DNA of 64,000 nucleotides from contig CAVRJC010000012.1 of NCBI GenBank assembly GCA_963721435.1, positions 119,154 to 183,153 on the forward strand, read 5' to 3'. Below, piece by piece: positions 30,134 through 37,989 of this stretch; the first letter of the stretch is position 1; each line of letters starts with the position of its first letter. Source of the stretch: an uncultured Actinomycetes bacterium (GTDB lineage Bacteria; Actinomycetota; Acidimicrobiia; IMCC26256; DASPTH01). The position numbers and the translations under genes are program-made. Under the pieces are notes generated by a model. It saw only the letters and a list, made by a program, of their open reading frames with translations, did not search any database and was not told where the DNA came from.

Positions 30134-30525
30134 CAGGAGCCGATCCTCGCCTGACACTTGATCTCGATCATCATGTCGGGGCTCCCCAGCGCGTTGACCT
30201 CGACGAGCGTGCTCGCGACGCGCGGCGTCCCGCCGTACATCTCCGTGCGCACCGCGAGGCCGTGCGTCGCCGCCGCCATCACGTCGGTGACGAACAACGT
30301 CTCGTCGACGACATCGGCGAGTGACGATCCGAGCCCCTCGAGCACCTTGCCGATGGTGGCGTACGCCTGGCGCATCTGCGCTTCCATGTCGCCGACCGCG
30401 ATCTGGAAGTTCTCGTCGTAGCCCGTCTGGCCCGACACGTAGATGGTGTCGCCGACCTTGACGCCCTCGGCGAAGCCCCACGCTTCTTCCATGAAGTTGC
30501 CGAACGTGTGCGTTTCCCTCGGCAC
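30133..30525 (-). CDS. RidA/YjgF family protein
   Basis: TIYVSGQ, PRVASTLVEVNAL, IEIK. Confidence 0.88.
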   Translation of the reverse strand: MPRETHTFGNFMEEAWGFAEGVKVGDTIYVSGQTGYDENFQIAVGDMEAQMRQAYATIGKVLEGLGSSLADVVDETLFVTDVMAAATHGLAVRTEMYGGTPRVASTLVEVNALGSPDMMIEIKCQARIGS

Positions 30526-30699
30526 CGGTTCCCCCCGTTCGTGCTGAGCATCGGCTCCGCCATTCCGGGTCGCTCAGCTGTGGGCCGGGACACCCGACCC
30601 ACGGTCGCTTCGCTCAGGAATGCAGCCGTCACCGTTTGGCTACTCTCTCCCGCCGCGGACCGCAAATTCCTGCGACGCGGCGCACACGGGGGATGCCAC

Positions 30700-31536
30700 A
30701 TGGACACGCTCGACGGTCGTACCGCGGTCATCACCGGAAGTGGGAGCGGTATCGGACGCGCCATTGCCACCGAGCTCGCGGGCGCGGGCATGAACGTGGT
30801 CGTCGCCGACATCGACGAGACCGCGGCGCAGACGGTGGCCGCGGAGATCGCAGACGCCGGCGTGCGCAGTCTCGCCGTGAGGGTCGACGTCGCTGACTTC
30901 GCGTCGGTCACCGCGGCAGCCGACGCCGCGTTCGCGGAGTTCGGGAACGTGCACGTGCTGTGCAACAACGCGGGCGTGCTCCTGTTCAACCCGATGACCG
31001 AGCTCACGCTCGACGACTGGCGTTGGGTCCACGGCGTCAACGTGTGGGGCGTGCTCCACGGCATCTACGCGTTCATGCCGCGCATGCTCGAGCAGGGCGA
31101 GCCGGGGCACATCGTGAACACGTCGTCGATCGCCGCGCTCTCGGGCCACGGTGTGTACGGCAGCTCGAAGATCGAAGTGCTCGCGATCACCGAGACCCTG
31201 CGCGACGACCTGGCCGACACCAACATCGGCGTGTCGTGTCTGTTCCCCGGCATGGTGAGCACCCGGATCGTCACCGCGCAACGCAACCGACCCGACGAGT
31301 TCGGCCCGCGCGCGAGGGACGTCATGGGCTTCCAGGACTCCGACTTCGGCTGCGACCCCGTGTACGTCGGGCGACGCGTGAAGGAGGCGGTCCTCGCCGA
31401 CGAGTTCTACGTGTTCGCGGGGATCCCCGAGGGCAACGAGGTGCGGCTGAAGGAAGGACCGCCGGTGAAGGCAGCGACACTCGTCGACGCGATCGACGCG
31501 GGCGTGGTGCCCAACGAATCCGGCCTCGTGGTCTGA
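30700..31536 (+). CDS. SDR family oxidoreductase
   Basis: TGSGSGIG, NNAG, GHIVNTSS, YGSSK. Confidence 0.92.
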   Translation: MDTLDGRTAVITGSGSGIGRAIATELAGAGMNVVVADIDETAAQTVAAEIADAGVRSLAVRVDVADFASVTAAADAAFAEFGNVHVLCNNAGVLLFNPMTELTLDDWRWVHGVNVWGVLHGIYAFMPRMLEQGEPGHIVNTSSIAALSGHGVYGSSKIEVLAITETLRDDLADTNIGVSCLFPGMVSTRIVTAQRNRPDEFGPRARDVMGFQDSDFGCDPVYVGRRVKEAVLADEFYVFAGIPEGNEVRLKEGPPVKAATLVDAIDAGVVPNESGLVV

Positions 31537-31544
31537 CCTGTGGT

Positions 31545-32162
31545 CTAGCGCCAGCAGGCGAGCACGGCATCGGTGGTCGTGATCGTCGCCAGCAACACGA
31601 GGGTGGTGTCGATGATCGAGTCCGCGTACTTCTTCGGCACACCCGCGACGGCATCACGCGGCAGTACCACCTGATAGCCGTGGTTCACCGCGTCCATGAC
31701 GAGGTTGGTGATGGCGACGTTCACCGACACTCCGGCGACGACGATCGTGGTGACCCCGAGGTTGCGCAGCACGGGGTCGAGATCGGTGCCACCCATCGGG
31801 TTGAGGCCGTGGAAGCGGCCGAGGAGGATGTCGCTCGGCTCGGTGCCGATCTCGTCGACGACCGCGGCCTCGTAGCTGCCGGGCTCCATGGTCACGCCGA
31901 TCTTGCGGGTCGCCGCGAAGAGCCGGGCGTTCATGCTCATGCCGCGCTGGTCGGCGCGCGTCCACGCGAGCCCGTGCACGACGGGCACGTCGGCGGCCCG
32001 GGCGCCGCGCACGAGGCGGGCGATGTTGGCGACGGCCTCCTTGCGGGCCGAGGCGCCGAGGTCGGCAAGGGGCGCCGCGTCACCGATGACGCCGTTCTGC
32101 ACTTCCGACGTCACGACCGCGGTGTGAGCGGGGTCGACGAGCTCGCTGAGTTCCACCGGCAT
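31545..32162 (-). CDS. Isochorismatase/cysteine hydrolase family protein
   Basis: TAVVTSEVQNG, LRNLGVTTIVVAGVS; paralog of 2555..3172. Confidence 0.85.
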   Translation of the reverse strand: MPVELSELVDPAHTAVVTSEVQNGVIGDAAPLADLGASARKEAVANIARLVRGARAADVPVVHGLAWTRADQRGMSMNARLFAATRKIGVTMEPGSYEAAVVDEIGTEPSDILLGRFHGLNPMGGTDLDPVLRNLGVTTIVVAGVSVNVAITNLVMDAVNHGYQVVLPRDAVAGVPKKYADSIIDTTLVLLATITTTDAVLACWR

Positions 32163-32188
32163 CGGGCAAATATAGGTAGAAAGGGTGG

Positions 32189-32836
32189 GTGACTTCCTCG
32201 ATCGAAGCGGTGCTGTTCGATTTCGGCGGCGTGTTCACGGGCTCGCCGTTCCACGCCATCGACAAGTACGCGGCCGCGCAGGGCGTCGATGCGAACGAGC
32301 TGACGCTGCTCGTGTTCGGCTCGTACCACGCCGACACCGACCATCCCTGGCACCAGTGCGAGCGGGGTGAGCTCGGGCTCGGCGAGGCATTCACGCAGAT
32401 CACCGCCAACGCGACCGACGCGGGGATCCGGTTCGATGCCGGCGAGCTGTTCAGCGGGATGGCCGACGATCCCTACGACCGCACGATCGTGGTCGAGTAC
32501 GTGCGATCGGTGCGGGCACGGGGCATCCGCACCGCGGTCGTCACCAACAACGTGGCCGAGTACGGCAGCACGTGGCGCAGAATGATCCCCATCGACGAGC
32601 TGTTCGACGCAGTGATCGACTCGTGCGAGATCGGCGTGCGGAAGCCCAACCCCGCGATCTATCACACCGCGCTCGAGGTGCTCGGCGTCACCGACCCGAA
32701 GCGCGCGGTGTTCCTCGACGACTTCGAAGGCAACGTCATCGCGGCGCGCCGGCTCGGCATGCACGGCATCCTCGTCGGTCGCGACCCGCAATCCGCGCTC
32801 GACGACCTCACCGCGCTGCTGGAGGAATGTTCATGA
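32189..32836 (+). CDS. HAD family phosphatase (ACAD10/sEH N-terminal-like)
   Basis: DFGGV, TNN, RKPNP, FLDD motifs. Confidence 0.88.
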   Translation: MTSSIEAVLFDFGGVFTGSPFHAIDKYAAAQGVDANELTLLVFGSYHADTDHPWHQCERGELGLGEAFTQITANATDAGIRFDAGELFSGMADDPYDRTIVVEYVRSVRARGIRTAVVTNNVAEYGSTWRRMIPIDELFDAVIDSCEIGVRKPNPAIYHTALEVLGVTDPKRAVFLDDFEGNVIAARRLGMHGILVGRDPQSALDDLTALLEECS

Positions 32837-33588
32837 GCATCGAGCTCGATCTCACCGGCAAGGTCGCGCTCGTGACCGGCGGCACCAAGGGCGTCGGCCG
32901 CGGCATCGCGACCCGGTTCGCCGACGCCGGTGCGACCATCGCCGTCTGCGCGCGCAATCCCGTCGACGACCTGCCCGCCGACTGGGCATTTCTTGCCGGT
33001 GACATCCGCGACGGTGAAGCCGCATTCGCGCTCATCGACGCGGTCGTCGAGCAGCTCGGCAGCATCGACGTGCTCGTGAACAACGCGGGGGGTGGCCCGC
33101 CGGCCGACACCACCACCGCGAGCCCGCGTTTCACCGAGCGCATCGTCGCGCTGAACCTCCTCGCCCCGATCTTCTGCTCGCAACGCGCCAACCATTGGAT
33201 GCAACAGGGCGACGGCGGCTCGATCGTCAACATCAGCAGCGTCAGCGGCATGCGACCGTCACCCACCTCGGCCGCGTACGGAGCCGCCAAGGCCGGTCTC
33301 GTGAACTTCACGATGACCGCAGCGATGGAGTGGGCGCCCGCCGTTCGGGTGAACTGCGTCACCTCCGGGATGGTGCGCACCGAGACCGCGCACCTCTTCT
33401 ACGGCGACGAAGCCGGCATCGCCGCGGTCGGCTCCACCGTCCCCCTCGGACGCCTCGCGCTCCCGTCCGAGATCGGCGACGCCTGCGTCTTCCTCGCGTC
33501 ACCCCTGGCGAGCTACATCACCGGCGCCAACCTCGTCGCCCACGGCGGCGGCGACAAACCCCCCTTCCTGGACGCTGCGAACACCTGA
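32833..33588 (+). CDS. SDR family oxidoreductase, Rv3549c-like
   Basis: TGGTKGVG, NNAGGGP, PSPTSAAYGAAK, VPLGRLA, HGGG. Confidence 0.88.
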   Translation: MSIELDLTGKVALVTGGTKGVGRGIATRFADAGATIAVCARNPVDDLPADWAFLAGDIRDGEAAFALIDAVVEQLGSIDVLVNNAGGGPPADTTTASPRFTERIVALNLLAPIFCSQRANHWMQQGDGGSIVNISSVSGMRPSPTSAAYGAAKAGLVNFTMTAAMEWAPAVRVNCVTSGMVRTETAHLFYGDEAGIAAVGSTVPLGRLALPSEIGDACVFLASPLASYITGANLVAHGGGDKPPFLDAANT

Positions 33589-33599
33589 GCGTTCGTTTC

Positions 33600-33649
33600 G
33601 AGCAAGTGTCAGTTGAGTGGGACATAGCCACCTCAACTGACACTTGCTC
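33600..33649. repeat. Long inverted repeat (18-bp perfect arms), bidirectional terminator or REP/MITE-like
   Basis: GAGCAAGTGTCAGTTGAG-TGGGACATAGCCAC-CTCAACTGACACTTGCTC between convergent SDR genes. Confidence 0.85.
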
Positions 33650-33665
33650 AAGGGCGGAGGGTGGG

Positions 33666-34433
33666 TCAGGGGTGCTGGTTGCAGACGCTGACGGTCTCGC
33701 CGGTCATGTAACCGGAGTAGTCGGAGGCGAGGAACACCATCACGTTGGCGACCTCCCACGGCTCGGCCCAGCGCCCGTACGCTTCCTTGCCCGCGAGCTC
33801 GATGAGCAGCTCCTCGGTGGTGACCTTGGCGAGGTTGGCGTGCATCGCGATGCTCGGCGCGACCGCGTTCACGCGCACGCCTCGATGGCCGCCCTCGATC
33901 GCCGCGCACCGCGTGAGCGCCATCACGCCCGCCTTCGCCGCGGCGTAGTGCGCCTGGCCTTCCTGACCGCGCCAGCCGATCACCGACGCGTTGTTCACGA
34001 TCACACCATGCCCGCGCGCGTACATGTGGTTCAACGCGGCGCGGGTACAGCGGAACGTGCCGTTGAGCGTCACGTCGAGCACGATCGACCACTGCTCGTC
34101 GGTCATCTCGTGCAACTGCGCGGTGCCACCGAGGCCCGCGTTGTTGATGAGCACGTCGACGCCACCGAGCTCTGCCGCCGCGGCGGCAAACAGGTTCTGA
34201 ACGTCGGCTTCCTGCGTGACGTCGCACGGCACACCGAGCACGCCGAGCTCCGCGGCCGACTCCGCCAGCCGCCGCTCGTGCTTGTCGGCGATGACGAGCC
34301 GCGCGCCCTCTTCCTGGCAGCGCTTCGCCACTGCGAACCCGATGCCGCTGCCCGCCGCTGCGGTCACGAGCACGGTCTTGCCCGCGAGCAGGTTGTGGCC
34401 TTCCACGTAGGGAGGCGGAGCAGGGAACGTCAT
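33666..34433 (-). CDS. ipdF: SDR oxidoreductase, IpdF-like (Rv3559c)
   Basis: GHNLLAGKTVLVTAAAGSGIG, HERRL, NNAGLGG, QAHYAAAK, EPWEVA. Confidence 0.8.
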   Translation of the reverse strand: MTFPAPPPYVEGHNLLAGKTVLVTAAAGSGIGFAVAKRCQEEGARLVIADKHERRLAESAAELGVLGVPCDVTQEADVQNLFAAAAAELGGVDVLINNAGLGGTAQLHEMTDEQWSIVLDVTLNGTFRCTRAALNHMYARGHGVIVNNASVIGWRGQEGQAHYAAAKAGVMALTRCAAIEGGHRGVRVNAVAPSIAMHANLAKVTTEELLIELAGKEAYGRWAEPWEVANVMVFLASDYSGYMTGETVSVCNQHP

Positions 34434-34460
34434 GGTTGCCGCACTCTCGATCGTCGGTGA

Positions 34461-35369
34461 TCAGGCGTTGGGCTTCTCGCCGGCCGCAGCCGCGGCGCGC
34501 CGACCCTCGACCATCGCGAAGAACGGCAACGGCTCGGTCTTGACCGTGCTCGGCAGGCGCCGGGCAATGTCCTCCGGCTTCCACCGACCGTCGGCGTACA
34601 TCGAGCGCAGCTCCTTGGGCTGGCTCCACACCGCGATCTTGTTGCCGACCACCGTGTAGACCTGACCGGTCACGTCCTTCGCCTCGTCGGAGAGCAGGTA
34701 CACCGCCATCGGCGCGACGTCTTCGGGGTCGCCCATCTCCTCGATCTCGGCAGGCACGTTGGCCGACATGCGCGTGCGCGCCACCGGCGCGATCACGTTG
34801 GCGCGCACGTTGTACCGAGCCATTGCGAGCGCCGCGGAGTACGAGAACGACACGATGCCGCCCTTGGCCGCCGCGTAGTTGGGTTGCCCGACCGCGCCGA
34901 GCGCCCACACGCCCGAGGTGAACGCAACGAGCGATCCCGCGCGCTCCGCCTTGCGGAAGTACGCCGACGCGGCGCGGTACACGGTGAACGTGCCCTTGAG
35001 GTGCACGCGCAGGACGTCGTCCCACTCCTCTTCGCTCATGTTGAAGAGCATGCGCTCCCGCAGGATGCCCGCGACGCACACCACGCCGTCGAAGTAGCCC
35101 CACTCGTCGATGCCCGCGTCGACGACCGCCGCGCCGCCTTCCATGGTGGAGACGTCGCTGCCGAGCGCGATGGCCTCGCCACCCGCGGCCTTGATCTCGG
35201 CGACCACCGACTCGGCGATGTCGCTCGTCGGCGCGGAGCCGTCCATCTCGACGCCGTAGTCGGCGACGACGACCTTGGCGCCCGCGGCCGCGCAGTCGAT
35301 TGCGATGCACCGGCCGATCCCCCGGCCCGCGCCGGTGACCGCGACAACTTTTCCGTCCAGCATTCCCAC
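34461..35369 (-). CDS. SDR oxidoreductase (MFE-2/Rv3548c-like)
   Basis: TGAGRGIG, AGILRERMLFNM, GQPNYAAAK, ARTRM. Confidence 0.9.
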   Translation of the reverse strand: MGMLDGKVVAVTGAGRGIGRCIAIDCAAAGAKVVVADYGVEMDGSAPTSDIAESVVAEIKAAGGEAIALGSDVSTMEGGAAVVDAGIDEWGYFDGVVCVAGILRERMLFNMSEEEWDDVLRVHLKGTFTVYRAASAYFRKAERAGSLVAFTSGVWALGAVGQPNYAAAKGGIVSFSYSAALAMARYNVRANVIAPVARTRMSANVPAEIEEMGDPEDVAPMAVYLLSDEAKDVTGQVYTVVGNKIAVWSQPKELRSMYADGRWKPEDIARRLPSTVKTEPLPFFAMVEGRRAAAAAGEKPNA

Positions 35370-35388
35370 GGCAGAACCCCTTCGTGTT

Positions 35389-35405
35389 TCTGATGACCCG
35401 TCAGA
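35389..35405. promoter_or_regulatory. 17-bp palindrome TCTGATGACCCGTCAGA, candidate operator
   Basis: Same dyad as 26576..26592; on the - strand it lies between a TAGCGT -10 box and the start of the SDR-ipdF operon. Confidence 0.6.
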
Positions 35406-35440
35406 TCAGGACGGGGACGCTACCAACTCGAGGTCGCACG

Positions 35441-35896
35441 TCACTCTTCGGGGACCGAGAAGTCGGTCGGGACGTTGTGCATGTAGCTCTTCTCCTCGAC
35501 GCGCTCCTTGATCCGCCAGCCCTCCGGTGTGCGCACGAACTTGTCGACGTACCAGAGCCCGCAATAGAAGACGTGGGTCTCGCCGTTGCCCTTGTCGATC
35601 ACCATCGGGTTGTGGCAGATGGTCCGGCCCGTGGCCTCGTCGCCGTTGAGCGTGACCTTGCTCGTCGCGACCATGTGCTGGAACGACGAGAAGTTCGGCA
35701 TCGCCATCGCGAGGAACTTCTTGGTGGTCTCGAGGTCGCCCGAGCCGCCTCCGAAGTCGCTGTAGTCGATGAACGCGTCGGGCGTGAACACGTCGTCGAG
35801 CGCGTCCCAGTTCCGGGTGTCGATCGCGTGGCTGTACGCGACGAGGAGGTCCTGGATCTCGAGGCGGTCGGAGATCTCTTGCAACGACATGGTCAT
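35441..35896 (-). CDS. NTF2/SnoaL-like protein
   Basis: LQEISDRLEIQDLLVAYSHAID, QHMV, GLWYVDKFVRTPEGWRI. Confidence 0.88.
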   Translation of the reverse strand: MTMSLQEISDRLEIQDLLVAYSHAIDTRNWDALDDVFTPDAFIDYSDFGGGSGDLETTKKFLAMAMPNFSSFQHMVATSKVTLNGDEATGRTICHNPMVIDKGNGETHVFYCGLWYVDKFVRTPEGWRIKERVEEKSYMHNVPTDFSVPEE

Positions 35897-35957
35897 GGTG
35901 CGGCTCCTGGTGTCGGGACGGCCAATTCTGATGGGCAGTTGCGGGTAGCGGTTCGGG

Positions 35958-36783
35958 TCAGGCCTGATCGGGGAGGTTGGTCCAGCCGCGGCCGTCGGCC
36001 CGGCCGTACCATCCGCTCGCGGCGGTGGTGCCACCGTCGACGGGGATGATGTGGCCGGTCACGAAGCGCGACAGGTCGCTGGCGAGGAAGAGCACGACGT
36101 CGCCGTACTCGTCGGGGTGACCGAAGTGACCGAGTGGGATCCACGACTGGATCAAGTCGGGGTCACGACCGCGGAGCATCGCTTCGGCCGGGGTCTGCAG
36201 CGTGTCGGCCATGTCGGGCGCGATCGCGTTCACGCGCACGCCCTCGCGACCGAGCTCGATGGACAGGCTCTTCGTGAACTGGTTCACGCCCGCGTTGAAC
36301 GCGGAGTACACCGCGTTCGCCGGGATGCCGCGCAGTGCCTCGACGGTCGAGACGTTGACGATGCTCCCGCGGTGCCGTTCCACCATCGCCGGCGCGATCG
36401 CGTGCGTGACGCGGAACACGTGCTCGAGGTTGATGGCGTAGAGCGCGCGCCAGTCGTCTTCCGTCGTGGTCAGGAAGCGGCCGTTCGGCCGGTAGTCGCC
36501 GACGTTGTTGACCAGCACGTCGACCCGACCACCGTCGACCGCGAACGCCGCGCGCGACGAGCGCGTCGACACCCTCGGGCGTGCGGATGTCGGCCGGCAC
36601 CGCGGTCGCGACGCCGCCGTTGCCCACGATGTTGTCGACGGTCCCCGCGAGGAGCTCGCCGTCGATGTCGTTGATCACCACGTGCGCGCCCTCGGCCGCG
36701 AGGCGGCGGCTGACCCCACCACCGATACCGGCGGCACCGCCGGTCACGACGGCAATGCGACCTGCAAGCAACGGGCTGCTCAT
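35958..36783 (-). CDS. SDR family oxidoreductase, frameshifted near 36555
   Basis: TGGAAGIG in one frame; NNVG, YSAFN, VNAIAPD in another. Confidence 0.85.
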
Positions 36784-36808
36784 GTGCTCCTCGTGTCGTG
36801 GTTTTCGG

Positions 36809-37852
36809 TCATGCGTTCGGCGTGACCACGGCGCGCGTGCGCAGCTCACCGCGCGCGAACTTGGCGTAGGTCGCCGCGGTCTCCGCGAAGGGGAACAGCT
36901 CGACGTCGACGCGGATCTCGCCGGCCTCCGCGAGCGCGATCACGTCGCGCAGGTCGGCGATCGTGCCTCCCTGCGGGATGAACACCTCACACTCGAGCGG
37001 CACGAGCCCCCACCCGATCGGTGCCGAGCCACCACCGGCACCGACGATGCCGATCGATCCCATCGCCGCGCCGCACGCGAGCGCGAGCCGCATGGTGTCG
37101 TCGGTGCCGACGAAGTCGAGCACCGCGGCCGCGCCGTGGGGCGCGAGCTCGCGCACCGCCGCCGCGGTGTTGTCGTCGGAGAGCAACGCGTCGTGCGCGC
37201 CGAGATCGAGCGCGGTGGCAAGCCGGTGCGGCGCGACATCCACCGCGATCACGCGCGCCGCACTGAAGCGCCGCAGGTACTGCACTGCGTAACCCCCCAG
37301 CCCTCCGACGCCGATGACGACGGCCGACTGCCCGGGCGCGAGCTTCGGCAGCACCTTCTTGACCGCGTGGTACGACGTGACGCCGGCGTCGGTCAGGGGC
37401 GCGGCACGGGCCGGATCGAGCGCGGTGAGCTTGATCAGCTCGCGGGCGGGAACGACGACGAACTGCGCGAGCCCGCCGTCGAGCCCGTAGCCACGGCCGG
37501 TGGAGCCGCTCGGGCAGTAGTTGTCGTGCCCACGCACGCAGAAGTGGCAACGACCGCACGAGTGGATGCCCACCGCGACGACCGGGTCGCCGAGCTCGAG
37601 CCCGCCAAGATCGGAACTGCTGGTCCCGGGACCGAGCTCCTCGACCCACCCGCCGGTCTCGTGCCCGAGCGTGAACGGCGTGGGGTACCCGAAGTTCGAC
37701 TCCGGCGCGAGGAAGTGCACGTCGGTGTGGCACAGGCCGACGCCCGCCACCTTCACCAGCACCTCACCGGCTCCTGGCCGCGGCACCTCGACCTCACGGA
37801 ACTCCGCGGGCTGCCCCCACTCGACCAGTTGGAACGCGGTCATCGTCGCCAT
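36809..37852 (-). CDS. Zn-dependent alcohol dehydrogenase (MDR family)
   Basis: GLCHTD, GHE, CGRCHFCVRGHDNYC, GVGGLG. Confidence 0.93.
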   Translation of the reverse strand: MATMTAFQLVEWGQPAEFREVEVPRPGAGEVLVKVAGVGLCHTDVHFLAPESNFGYPTPFTLGHETGGWVEELGPGTSSSDLGGLELGDPVVAVGIHSCGRCHFCVRGHDNYCPSGSTGRGYGLDGGLAQFVVVPARELIKLTALDPARAAPLTDAGVTSYHAVKKVLPKLAPGQSAVVIGVGGLGGYAVQYLRRFSAARVIAVDVAPHRLATALDLGAHDALLSDDNTAAAVRELAPHGAAAVLDFVGTDDTMRLALACGAAMGSIGIVGAGGGSAPIGWGLVPLECEVFIPQGGTIADLRDVIALAEAGEIRVDVELFPFAETAATYAKFARGELRTRAVVTPNA

Positions 37853-37989
37853 CGGGCACACTCTCGCGCATCGGCGTGCCCGGCTGCCTGGGTGCAGGCC
37901 TCGGTGCGGCGCTCCATCGTGCTCACTATGATCGGACGGCTGCATGGGGGACGCGCGGTCGGACGACGCGCGCACAAAGGAGAATCGTC

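Noticed and set aside
30526-30699. Possible riboswitch/sRNA in the RidA-SDR intergenic region
   Set aside because: Only a short GC hairpin; no riboswitch consensus I can recognise
33601-33648. KstR2 operator (AGCAAG...CTTGCT half-sites)
   Set aside because: Half-sites are ~36 bp apart instead of 2 bp and lie between convergent 3' ends
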